Made by a program: the position numbers and the translations under genes. This document shows positions 55,486 to 64,000 of a stretch of 64,000 nt of DNA, piece by piece. The stretch spans positions 62,001-126,000 of the IMG/VR virus record IMGVR_UViG_3300035070_002626, one strand, 5' to 3'. Below the pieces are notes generated by a model. It saw nothing but the letters and a program-made list of their open reading frames with translations. It had not been told where the DNA came from and searched no databases. Within the stretch, counting starts at the first letter, position 1; every line of letters starts with the position of its first letter.

Positions 55486-55848
55486 ATGAAAAACGTATTA
55501 TTAACACTTGCAATCGCAGCAACATTTTCTACACCTGCTATAGCCGACAAGGCATTTAAAAAATGTGTCTCTTGTCACAGTATCGAAGAAGGTGGCAAAA
55601 ATAAAGTTGGGCCAAACCTTTGGAATATCATGAATCGCGGCACCGGAACTGCTGACTTTAAATACAGCAAAAAGTTTGCTACCTGGGCCGAAGAGAATCC
55701 ACAGTGGACCCCGGAGCTCATGGATGCGTGGCTAACTAACTCTAAGAAATTAGTTAAAGGCACCAAGATGAACTTCAAGGAGCGCAAAGAAGCCAAACGT
55801 GCTGACATTATTGATTATCTGACATCTATGGGTGAACAAGTTGATTAA
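55486..55848 (+). CDS. Cytochrome c2-type class I cytochrome c
   Basis: Signal peptide; CVSCH haem site; KVGPNL; GTKMNF axial Met. Confidence 0.92.
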   Translation: MKNVLLTLAIAATFSTPAIADKAFKKCVSCHSIEEGGKNKVGPNLWNIMNRGTGTADFKYSKKFATWAEENPQWTPELMDAWLTNSKKLVKGTKMNFKERKEAKRADIIDYLTSMGEQVD

Positions 55849-56245
55849 AACACTTGTCAATAAAATCCCAGAGTTCTGTATGTCACATTGGTTGCTGAGG
55901 ATCCCCTTGGCAATCATTTTTATTCAACAAGGCTTAGACAAGATCCCAGTTGACATAGAAGTAGCAGAAGCATACGACCTACCTTATCTTGTGTGGTGGA
56001 CTGTTGCCTATGGTGAACTCGGTGCTGGAGTAGGGTTACTTGTTAGCGGAGCACTTATAAAGTATCTTAAAGAAATCAGCGATCTGTTAACACGATTTGC
56101 TGGCATCACTATTGCTAGTATTATGACTGGTGTTATTTGGATGGCAGAACCCGAAAGCGTGTCGGAAGTGCTACTAAATGACCATTTCCACGTTCTACTT
56201 TGGGTAGGTGGTATGTTCTTTGCACTTAGAGGCAACAGAACTTGA
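55832..56245 (+). CDS. DoxX-family membrane protein
   Basis: LLRIPLAIIFIQQGLDK...VAYGEL; four TM helices. Confidence 0.8.
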   Translation: MNKLIKTLVNKIPEFCMSHWLLRIPLAIIFIQQGLDKIPVDIEVAEAYDLPYLVWWTVAYGELGAGVGLLVSGALIKYLKEISDLLTRFAGITIASIMTGVIWMAEPESVSEVLLNDHFHVLLWVGGMFFALRGNRT

Positions 56246-56640
56246 ACAAAATTCAACAATGGGCAGACGAGTTGTCAATCTTCGACGATGTAATGGATCA
56301 GTATCAGTTGTTGATTGACATGGCCAAAAAACCTACATCACTGCCTGCGGAACTGAGAACAGATGATAAACTTGTAAGCGGGTGTATCAGCAGTATTTGG
56401 GTAGATGTAGGCACAGTTGATAATAAAACTAAAATTTATTACGACAGTGATGCTATGATTACAAAAGGTGTGACACATGTTGTCTGTGATTGTTTCAATG
56501 ATTTGCCACTAGACGAAGCCAAAAAGATTCAGCGTGGTGACTTTGAAGCATTATCATTAGAAGGCATCCTAAGCAGCAACAGACGCAACGGACTTGCAAG
56601 TTTGATTAGCACATTACAAACAAAGGTAGCAGCATTATAA
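56242..56640 (+). CDS. sufE: SufE-family sulfur acceptor
   Basis: YQLLID, VSGCISSIW, DSDAMITKG, SSNRRNG. Confidence 0.88.
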   Translation: MNKIQQWADELSIFDDVMDQYQLLIDMAKKPTSLPAELRTDDKLVSGCISSIWVDVGTVDNKTKIYYDSDAMITKGVTHVVCDCFNDLPLDEAKKIQRGDFEALSLEGILSSNRRNGLASLISTLQTKVAAL

Positions 56641-57779
56641 TGAATGACAAAATTTATCAAATCTTAAATAGAGAAGCAGCACGACAAGAATCGACAATAG
56701 AACTTATTGCAAGTGAAAACTTTGCTAGTCAAGCAGTTATGGATTTAGCAGGCAGTGTATTTACAAACAAGTATGCAGAAGGATATCCAGGCAAGCGTTA
56801 CTACAACGGTTGCGAGCATATGGATGAGATTGAAACACTTGCGATTGACACATTGTGTAACCTGTACGGAGCAAAGTTTGCAAACGTACAGCCACACTCA
56901 GGTGCTAATGCTAACACAGCAGTATATCAAGCACTAATGAAACCAGGTGATAAGATCCTTGGTATGGACCTAGCAAGCGGCGGCCATTTGTCGCACGGTG
57001 CTCCTGTTAATATTTCAGGTAAAGTTTATGAAGCTCATTCGTATGGCGTAAACAAAGAAGGTTGGTTAGATTATGAAAATATTCGTGATATAGCCGAGCG
57101 TGTTAAACCAAAAATGATTGTTGCCGGTGCTAGTGCTTATCCACGTGAAGTTGACTGGGCACAAATGCGCTATATTGCAAACGCTGTGGGTGCTTATCTA
57201 TTGGTTGACATGGCACATTATTCAGGATTGATTGCAGGCGGAGTGTATCCAAATCCAGTGCCCTATGCTGATGTAGTGACTAGTACAACACATAAAACAC
57301 TGCGTGGTCCACGTGGCGGTATTATCTTATGGAACAACGAAGAACTTACACGTAAGATTAATAGTGCTATCTTCCCTGGCACACAAGGTGGCCCGCTTAT
57401 GCACATCATTGCTGCCAAGGCACAGTGCTTTATTGAAGCAGACACACAAGACTATAAAAACTACGCACAGGCGGTTGTACGCAATGCTAAGGCTATGTGT
57501 GATGTGTTTAGACAGCGTGATTTGCCAGTACAAACAGGCGGCACTGACAGTCATATTATTCTTATGGATCTAAGTAACAGCAAGTATAGTGGCAGACAAG
57601 CCGCAGACTTACTAGAAGAAAATGGTATCACAGTAAACAAGAACGGTATACCAAATGATCCACGTAGCTTTGTAGAAACAAGTGGCATTCGTATTGGCAC
57701 AGCTGCCGAAACTACTCGTGGGCATGATGAAACGTGGTTTAGAAAATTAGCACATAAGATTGCAGATATACTAGAATGA
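56640..57779 (+). CDS. glyA: Serine hydroxymethyltransferase
   Basis: LIASEN, NKYAEGYPG, GGHLSHG, DMAH, TTHKTLRGPRGG (PLP Lys). Confidence 0.95.
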   Translation: MNDKIYQILNREAARQESTIELIASENFASQAVMDLAGSVFTNKYAEGYPGKRYYNGCEHMDEIETLAIDTLCNLYGAKFANVQPHSGANANTAVYQALMKPGDKILGMDLASGGHLSHGAPVNISGKVYEAHSYGVNKEGWLDYENIRDIAERVKPKMIVAGASAYPREVDWAQMRYIANAVGAYLLVDMAHYSGLIAGGVYPNPVPYADVVTSTTHKTLRGPRGGIILWNNEELTRKINSAIFPGTQGGPLMHIIAAKAQCFIEADTQDYKNYAQAVVRNAKAMCDVFRQRDLPVQTGGTDSHIILMDLSNSKYSGRQAADLLEENGITVNKNGIPNDPRSFVETSGIRIGTAAETTRGHDETWFRKLAHKIADILE

Positions 57780-57849
57780 GCAAAACACAAAAAGACACCA
57801 AGCCCGACGATGAATTTAACGGCTGGCCGTTTAAAGGCCGTGAAAGTAA

Positions 57850-58059
57850 ATGAGCGGGCAACGGCGTTTTTTAAAAATGTGGGCAAGAACAGTCGGAATG
57901 CCAATAGGCATAACCGATGATGATAAACCAGAGTTTTTGCCTATTACACAAACTGATGTAAGGCGTGCATTAGCATTTAGAACCTTTTGGATTGTGTTAC
58001 ATGTTGTTACTTGTTGTGCTATTATAGCAGGTAATGGCCGAGCATTAGGATTGTGGTAG
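57850..58059 (+). CDS. Small membrane protein
   Basis: ORF track. Confidence 0.6.
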   Translation: MSGQRRFLKMWARTVGMPIGITDDDKPEFLPITQTDVRRALAFRTFWIVLHVVTCCAIIAGNGRALGLW

Positions 58060-58094
58060 TGACGGAGCTGATCTGAACAAAAGCTCCGTCACTT
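58058..58094. terminator. Hairpin terminator between convergent genes
   Basis: GTGACGGAGCT...AGCTCCGTCAC 11-bp stem followed by TTTCTT. Confidence 0.7.
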
Positions 58095-58104
58095 TCTTAT
58101 AGTA

Positions 58105-58338
58105 TTATCGCTTAGTATAGATTGAGTAAAGTACCCACACAGCAACTAGACCAACTAGTCCTTGCGCAGAAAATCCTGCTATGATACTTTGAACGTTTCC
58201 GATAACGTTGATATCTGGCCAGAACGGTACATTTGCGCCGCCTACTAGTACTTCAAGTACAATGCCTAGTGCAAGCAAGCTCACCGCTGCTTCAGTTAAG
58301 CCATTTGCCCAGCCTTTTACTTTATTTAAGATATCCAA
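58105..58338 (-). CDS. Two-TM membrane protein
   Basis: AAGGAG RBS; two hydrophobic helices. Confidence 0.75.
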   Translation of the reverse strand: MDILNKVKGWANGLTEAAVSLLALGIVLEVLVGGANVPFWPDINVIGNVQSIIAGFSAQGLVGLVAVWVLYSIYTKR

Positions 58339-58478
58339 TGTTTATCTCCTTTCTGTTTATACTAACTAACCATACTTGTATAACTTTTTTTTGATTAGCA
58401 AGCTATTTAGGTCCGAAAATATGTACATTATAACGAGTATTTGATAAGTAATACAAAGCTAACAGAATTGGACATTTT

Positions 58479-60017
58479 ATGCGAGAATATTTAGATATTA
58501 TCACCGAAGGGGTGGGCCTAGCGAACCGTAAACCGGGAGAAAAATTTGCAAATCCTCAGGGAGATATATTAACGTTCCAAAGTTTAGACTTTTTTCCTGG
58601 AAAAGACTCATATGAGGATGAAGAAACAACCAACACTGCACTACTAGATTTGGGCGCACAGTTGGGAATTGACCCTCAAGAAATACAATGGGCAAATGCA
58701 CAAGGATCAAACAAAGCGTTTGGTATAGCAAGGTTTGTAGACGGTGCAGGCAAGGACTACTTAGTAGGTAGATGGTTTCAAAAAATTAATGCTAACAAAA
58801 CATTAAACAGATTTCCAAATGATTTGCCAGGCGGTTTTAAATATCAAAGTAAAGCGGCTGTTAAAGAAAATTCTGGATACAAACCTACCGAAATTCTTAC
58901 ACAATTACAGAATCAGACACCTGCTAGCATCGTAAAACAAATTGTTGCAAAATTTGGCGCAGACTCAGACGAAGTACGTGCTACTAATGCATTCATGGAA
59001 CAAGATTTTCCAATGAACATTCCACGTGGCGAAATGAATGCCGAAGCATTTACAAATTACTTTTGTGAAATACTACAGCCAATGGCACTTATTATGGGCA
59101 AAAATGTAGGCGGAAATGCAGACGAAGCAGAACAGATTTTCTTTGGTGGATCTGGATACAGTGATTGCACAATTAGTTTTAATGCAGGAACCACAGATGG
59201 ATTATTTGATAGCTTGTTAGTCAACCCTCAAGGCAAACAAATTAAGATATCAAGTAAAGCCGCTGCCGGGGCAAATGCTAGTATTGTTAACTTGCTGAAA
59301 AGTGTACAAGACATGCGCACTGCACCTGCTGGACAGAAATTGTTAAAACAATATGCTGAAGCAGTTAGTATTATGGAAATTATCAAGAACGGCGGACACA
59401 CAGATGGATGCCTAAATCTTGCCATTGCACTAGACTTTATCTCGCCAGAAGAAAAGCAACAAGTAAAATCATTAGCCGGTATGGGACCAGATGACGATGT
59501 AATGAGTGTGATTACCAGCGATAAACTACAAGGTCTATACAATGGTCGTAATGCTCGCGACATGAGCCGCATTATTCCAATCGAACACATGTTGGCTTCT
59601 ATTGCATACCCAATTGCTGAAATTGTAAACACCGAAACAGACTTTGGCGAAGCAGCAAGTGCAATATTAAATCATAGTGCATTGGTACAGATGTACACAC
59701 TGAGTAGTAATAGCGACGACACTATTAACGTCAATGATTTCCAATGTGTGTATCCAAGTAACACAGTTACTGGTGTGCTTATGAGAGCTGATAAAACATA
59801 TATGAGTACACAAGGCAAGGGAAACTTTGTGTTTAAAATTCTCAAAAATGGTGCCAGTGATGCTGAAACAGAAATTGCTGATGTTAGCACAGATATTCCA
59901 AATACACAGCCAGTAAAGAAAAAGGCTGCGCCTGGACAAACTACTAGTAATGTCAAAGCACAGCCTCGGGGAGGGGACCTGGATAACAAGTCCCTAGGGC
60001 GTGAACGTAGAACTTAG
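58479..60017 (+). CDS. 512-aa hypothetical (putative virion) protein
   Basis: Long ORF; MREYLDIITE N-terminus resembles the shared head-protein motif. Confidence 0.75.
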   Translation: MREYLDIITEGVGLANRKPGEKFANPQGDILTFQSLDFFPGKDSYEDEETTNTALLDLGAQLGIDPQEIQWANAQGSNKAFGIARFVDGAGKDYLVGRWFQKINANKTLNRFPNDLPGGFKYQSKAAVKENSGYKPTEILTQLQNQTPASIVKQIVAKFGADSDEVRATNAFMEQDFPMNIPRGEMNAEAFTNYFCEILQPMALIMGKNVGGNADEAEQIFFGGSGYSDCTISFNAGTTDGLFDSLLVNPQGKQIKISSKAAAGANASIVNLLKSVQDMRTAPAGQKLLKQYAEAVSIMEIIKNGGHTDGCLNLAIALDFISPEEKQQVKSLAGMGPDDDVMSVITSDKLQGLYNGRNARDMSRIIPIEHMLASIAYPIAEIVNTETDFGEAASAILNHSALVQMYTLSSNSDDTINVNDFQCVYPSNTVTGVLMRADKTYMSTQGKGNFVFKILKNGASDAETEIADVSTDIPNTQPVKKKAAPGQTTSNVKAQPRGGDLDNKSLGRERRT

Positions 60018-61072
60018 AGGCATTGTTTCTGGTTCACAACCTGTAGTTTTGGATTTCCTAAATTGTTGAGTTGATCGGCACTAACTGTGACAGCAATGCT
60101 AGATTGTAATTCTAGCCAACTGTTGATTACAACTCCTTGGCCAGTTGGCTGAATCATTTTAGTAGCGGGCATATTGGTACCTTGGGTGAGTCCACTCAAT
60201 TCGGGTATGTTGTAACACCCAGCAGTAAGATTTCCAAATGTTAGCAACAATTGTGGCCCTGGCGATGTTAACCCTTGCACAAGACGCTGACCACGTATGT
60301 TGTCAAATCTATGATAAGTTCCGTTTTTGTTGCTGGATCTAGTTTTTAACTGTGCCCAGTATGTTGCATTTGTTGTATTTCTACCGGTGGTTTCTAATAC
60401 TTCTGCGATAGCAGCAACATAGTCTTTGTTCCACTTAACAGAAAAATTTACATTTAATATCATATTTCGATCAGCATCAACATTGTAGCCTGCTTTGCCT
60501 ATTGCAACATCAAATGCTCGTTGAGGATATGCTCTTAATATCAGATCGATTAACTTGTCACCGGCTGCATTTTCTTCTTGATAACTTTCAAACATAGTAG
60601 AAATTCGATTGCCGTCAAGCTCTCCAGTGCTGCGAGATTTTCCAAACGCACGATCAGCAACAGCATTACCTTGTACACTAACATTCATAGTCAGTTGTGT
60701 GCTGTTTGTTGTATTTTCTTTGCTTGTTATCTCATAGTCGTGTATCCAACCTGAGCTGTAATTAAGCAGTTCATGATAGCTAAGATCTCTATCTTTGCCA
60801 GTGCCAGATGTTTCGCTATCACTGACAACAATTGATCCAACTGCGTCATTGATTGCTTTTGCAAAACAATTGTTACGAGCAGCTTGTTCGTCAACACCAG
60901 TGCATTGCACACGCACCTTGTATACTTTTTCACGTTTTGTTGTTAGCCATCTACCTGCAACAAGTATAATTGCAGCAGGGCTTGGTTGCAGCAGGATTGA
61001 AACACTATTAGCAGTCACTGGGGTGGTAAAAATACACCCCAGTAATGCCATTGTGGTTAACACACGTTGCAC
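60014..61072 (-). CDS. Exported protein with FlgT-N/LPP20-like domain
   Basis: Signal peptide; GVDEQAARNNCFAKAINDAVG...SGWIHDYEI. Confidence 0.6.
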   Translation of the reverse strand: MQRVLTTMALLGCIFTTPVTANSVSILLQPSPAAIILVAGRWLTTKREKVYKVRVQCTGVDEQAARNNCFAKAINDAVGSIVVSDSETSGTGKDRDLSYHELLNYSSGWIHDYEITSKENTTNSTQLTMNVSVQGNAVADRAFGKSRSTGELDGNRISTMFESYQEENAAGDKLIDLILRAYPQRAFDVAIGKAGYNVDADRNMILNVNFSVKWNKDYVAAIAEVLETTGRNTTNATYWAQLKTRSSNKNGTYHRFDNIRGQRLVQGLTSPGPQLLLTFGNLTAGCYNIPELSGLTQGTNMPATKMIQPTGQGVVINSWLELQSSIAVTVSADQLNNLGNPKLQVVNQKQCL

Positions 61073-61710
61073 TAGTACAATGCCATAGTTTTACGAATGT
61101 CCGCTGCTATTTCAGCGTCATCTTCACTCCAAACATACTTGGCAACATACAAGCGCCCATCGTCGATGACTTTATCACTTTTTTTGCGTACACCAACTAA
61201 ACGTCCAGATGCTACAATAGTAGTAATTGTATCAGCAACAGTTTCATCTAGTCGTGTAGCAATACGTCGACTTGTGTTGTCTTCTTTAGTGCCGTGTGCT
61301 TCATCATCTTGTACTTCGGCTGTTAGTTGTTCGCTGGTAAAATTATTTTCGATACCATTAAGTGCATTGTCTCGAGAGTTTTCAATACTCTTAGCAAGAA
61401 TCTTTACACTTCGATTGCTGTCAATTTGTTCGCCAAACACAAACTTAACCAACTTTTCTTTAGCATCTGCTTCAGCAAGTACAGCTGGATTTGATTTCCA
61501 AGCCGCTGCGACTCCATACACTTCGATGCTTTTTAAATTGCCGAATACTGTGTAGTTCAACACAACACCCTGGTCTTTGTATTCTGTTGTGATCACTTGA
61601 TCTGCAACAGGTGTTTCGTTGCCTTGAGCTTGTCTCATGCCCAATGGACTTGATGAACAGGCACTTAACAATGTACCTGCCAACATCATAGTAATTAATG
61701 TGCGCTTCAT
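61072..61710 (-). CDS. Lipoprotein (LPP20-like)
   Basis: Lipobox LSAC; AEADAKEKLVKFV...G.LVGVRK. Confidence 0.65.
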   Translation of the reverse strand: MKRTLITMMLAGTLLSACSSSPLGMRQAQGNETPVADQVITTEYKDQGVVLNYTVFGNLKSIEVYGVAAAWKSNPAVLAEADAKEKLVKFVFGEQIDSNRSVKILAKSIENSRDNALNGIENNFTSEQLTAEVQDDEAHGTKEDNTSRRIATRLDETVADTITTIVASGRLVGVRKKSDKVIDDGRLYVAKYVWSEDDAEIAADIRKTMALY

Positions 61711-61874
61711 GATTTGCCTCCAAATTCTTGACGCTTATCCCAACTGCGCACTAAAGCCCACTCGCCACTGTTACTAAGTTTAGCGTGGCGAGCACGTGAC
61801 TCTTCTTCTGTCAATCCTGACATGTAAAAGTAGTCTTTGTTCTCACCGTAGTTTCTTGCTTCAATTGCCCACAT
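61707..61874 (-). CDS. 55-aa early hypothetical protein
   Basis: Manual translation MWAIEARNY...; AAGGA RBS; promoter 61904..61932. Confidence 0.6.
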   Translation of the reverse strand: MWAIEARNYGENKDYFYMSGLTEEESRARHAKLSNSGEWALVRSWDKRQEFGGKS

Positions 61875-61928
61875 GGGATATCCTTTCGTTTAACTTACAA
61901 TACAATATAACACAACTGTATTCAAGTG

Positions 61929-62177
61929 TCAACCGTTTTTATCGATCTGGCTGCATGACACGCTGTTTAGTTCAACTGTATACTCATCTTTGAGCATGCC
62001 TTGAAATGTGCGCAGACCTTTTCCTCGAATCAATGCTCCATAGTTTTTAAGGAAACGGTTGCATTTTGCTTCAGTTGAGAAGCTCCTACTGTATACGTTA
62101 ACGACTTCGTCGAGCTGTGCTCCGTCGGGTGCTGTAATAGAAAGACTAAACAACAACATGAATGTAGCGGTTGACAT
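61929..62177 (-). CDS. Small exported hypothetical protein
   Basis: GGAGG RBS; promoter 62210..62237. Confidence 0.65.
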   Translation of the reverse strand: MSTATFMLLFSLSITAPDGAQLDEVVNVYSRSFSTEAKCNRFLKNYGALIRGKGLRTFQGMLKDEYTVELNSVSCSQIDKNG

Positions 62178-62309
62178 GATTACCTCCTGATTATATTAAC
62201 TACACCACTAATATAGCATATATCAAAATATTGTCAACCGAATTATGTCTTATGGATGTTACTGAAAGGTATACGATAAATAATATAATAACAATATAGG
62301 AGTTTTATT

Positions 62310-63104
62310 TTGAGTACCCCATCGAGTATTAATGCATTGCATTGCAAACAACGTAGTTTGTTAATGGCTAAGTTGTCTCGTATTTCTTACTTTGATGTAA
62401 AAACAGCAACCAAGGAAGCAAGAAAATTGGGGTTTACTACAGTAGAGTTTTACGATAAAGACGGAGCACAAGCATATCGCTTTATGAATAAAACGGACCT
62501 GGTTATTGCATGCCGAGGTACACAACCCAGCGAGTTTAATGATATCAAAGCAGACTTAAAAGCAATGCCGGTTCTTGCAGAAACAGTTAGCAGGGTGCAC
62601 AGAGGATTTAAAAAGGAAGTCGACGACCTTTGGCCAATGATACAAGAAGATTTGTTGCGCAAAACAAATTTAGACAAAACTCTTTGGTTCTGTGGACATA
62701 GTTTGGGAGCAGCAATGGCTACTATCATGGCTAGCCGTTGTGTGCACAATATAGAACTAAATGATCCAGCCGAACTACACACATTTGGTAGCCCGCGAGT
62801 AGGCTGGCGCAAGTATGTTAAGAGTCTAGGTGTAGTACATCATCGCTGGAAGAACAATAATGACATTGTCACTACTGTTCCTCTTGCTATTATGGGATAT
62901 GTGCATCATGGTAATCTATATTATCTCAATGCCTACGGACGAGTGCGTACACCCACTGGATGGCAATTAATCAAAGACAAATGGCGTGGCATTTGCATGG
63001 GTCTAAAACAAGGTAAAATAGACAACTTTAGTGATCATTCGATTGATGAGTACGTCAAATACATACAACGCCATATTGAATGGTTACCAAATAAAAATGA
63101 TTAA
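62310..63104 (+). CDS. Class 3 lipase (alpha/beta hydrolase)
   Basis: ACRGT, VHRGF, GHSLGAA, TFGSPRVG, NNDIV, DHS; TAAATA at 62277. Confidence 0.9.
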   Translation: MSTPSSINALHCKQRSLLMAKLSRISYFDVKTATKEARKLGFTTVEFYDKDGAQAYRFMNKTDLVIACRGTQPSEFNDIKADLKAMPVLAETVSRVHRGFKKEVDDLWPMIQEDLLRKTNLDKTLWFCGHSLGAAMATIMASRCVHNIELNDPAELHTFGSPRVGWRKYVKSLGVVHHRWKNNNDIVTTVPLAIMGYVHHGNLYYLNAYGRVRTPTGWQLIKDKWRGICMGLKQGKIDNFSDHSIDEYVKYIQRHIEWLPNKND

Positions 63105-63280
63105 GATTCAGCTTTAACTGCTAACTTTGCAATTCTGTAACTCAGTCTAGCAGCATTACGGCGAGCAGATCGATATTCTTCTGCAGGACGGATACCACCT
63201 TTTGACCGTGCATACCCGTGCATAAAATCTCCTACTTTAGTAAATTTATCTTTGTGAATGTGTCCAGTACCTTTGTACAT
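63101..63280 (-). CDS. 59-aa basic protein
   Basis: Manual translation MYKGTGHIHK...; AAGGAG RBS. Confidence 0.6.
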   Translation of the reverse strand: MYKGTGHIHKDKFTKVGDFMHGYARSKGGIRPAEEYRSARRNAARLSYRIAKLAVKAES

Positions 63281-63302
63281 GTTAGTCTCCTTTGATTAAA
63301 TT

Positions 63303-64000
63303 TTAAGCAACTAGTTTTTCTTCGTTGTTGCTGTAATAATGTTGTAACAACATTGCGCTTGCTAGATTTTTGCACTTTGCTTCTACCATAATGTCTGCCC
63401 AGTGCCAGTGTGACAATACATAATCATTCAATGCATCATTAGGAAGGTAATCACTATGTGCTCGTAGCTTACCTCGGGCAATACCACTTTCCATCAGTGC
63501 TGCACGATCAGGGCGTGTGTGGGTATCAAGTGGCAGTAAGATTTGTTCTTGGCTTTGGCTGTAATGCATGGCTGGTCGCTCGCCACGCCAGCTGTCTACA
63601 ATGCGTTTAATACGGTCATCGTTGGCTTCAATGTACGAACCTTCACGTACCCAATGGTGATGTACATCTAGCACCAAAGCGAGATCGTTTGCAAGCTCAA
63701 GACTGTCGTCGATTCCCCATCTGTTTTCGTCGTTTTCGATTGTAATAGTGTTTCTGGCTTCCGGCGTGAAGCGTTTAATTGCGTCTTTGATACCGGCTGG
63801 ACCTTGTCGGCCTGAGATGTGTACGTTGCACTTGAAGTCTTGGAACTTCTTGCCGTAACCCATCCACCGTATGAGAGTGGCGTGATATTCAAATTCTTCT
63901 ATGCTCCGTTCTACAATTTCAGGATTATCACTTGCAAGCACAACAAATTGTCCTGGGTGCATGGATAGTCTAACATCAAGTGCTCGTGCTGTGTCACCTA
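63303..64000 (-). CDS. uvsE: UV-damage endonuclease (5' part outside the window)
   Basis: RLSMHPGQF, ITIENDE, LVLDVHHH, HYSQS, AHSD, DIMVEAKCKNLA. Confidence 0.9.
   Translation of the reverse strand, partial: GDTARALDVRLSMHPGQFVVLASDNPEIVERSIEEFEYHATLIRWMGYGKKFQDFKCNVHISGRQGPAGIKDAIKRFTPEARNTITIENDENRWGIDDSLELANDLALVLDVHHHWVREGSYIEANDDRIKRIVDSWRGERPAMHYSQSQEQILLPLDTHTRPDRAALMESGIARGKLRAHSDYLPNDALNDYVLSHWHWADIMVEAKCKNLASAMLLQHYYSNNEEKLVA

Noticed and set aside
56640-57779. glyA as a pseudogene or host contamination
   Set aside because: The PLP and folate motifs are intact, and the gene is tightly coupled and flanked by phage-type genes and promoters; only the C-terminus is shorter.
1-64000. 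tRNA or tmRNA genes
   Set aside because: No T-loop GGTTCGAATCC/GGTTCAA cloverleaf context seen by eye; the GGATTCAAATCC at ~5687 lies inside a CDS. tRNAscan-SE/ARAGORN would be decisive.
1-64000. Stop-codon reassignment
   Set aside because: Long genes are intact under the standard code, with TAA, TAG and TGA all used as stops.

Overview
This is a 64 kb segment of a large, AT-rich, lytic tailed phage genome (myovirus-like), with most genes on the - strand. The host is probably a marine alphaproteobacterium, inferred from FdxA, cytochrome c2, DUF1127 and GlyA-type genes and from GGTTGAC-N17-GCTATA early promoters. In order, the window holds: (1) a late block of small and mosaic putative head-associated proteins (1.1-8.8 kb); (2) chaperones ClpA and DnaJ; (3) a lysis cassette (GH19 endolysin plus overlapping i- and o-spanins); (4) a ~370 nt intergenic region that folds into a pseudoknotted RNA on the - strand (14.33-14.70 kb); (5) phoH; (6) an array of early-promoter/small-gene cassettes; (7) class I aldolase, HAD enzymes, clamp loader, GroES and a stand-alone DnaE fragment; (8) baseplate/tail genes, one carrying an inserted class 3 lipase; (9) IscA, SOD, FdxA, an outer-membrane barrel and SleB; (10) a + strand operon with a methyltransferase, TctA/TctC transporter, dioxygenase and a deleted P-loop gene; (11) a + strand DUF1127/cytochrome c/DoxX/SufE/GlyA block; (12) a lipoprotein pair, a second lipase and UvsE (cut by the window edge). 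Two promoter classes recur: sigma70-like early and T4-like (TA)TAAATA late. I saw no tRNA, CRISPR array, integrase or IS element. All assignments come from motif recognition by eye; no database searches were run.
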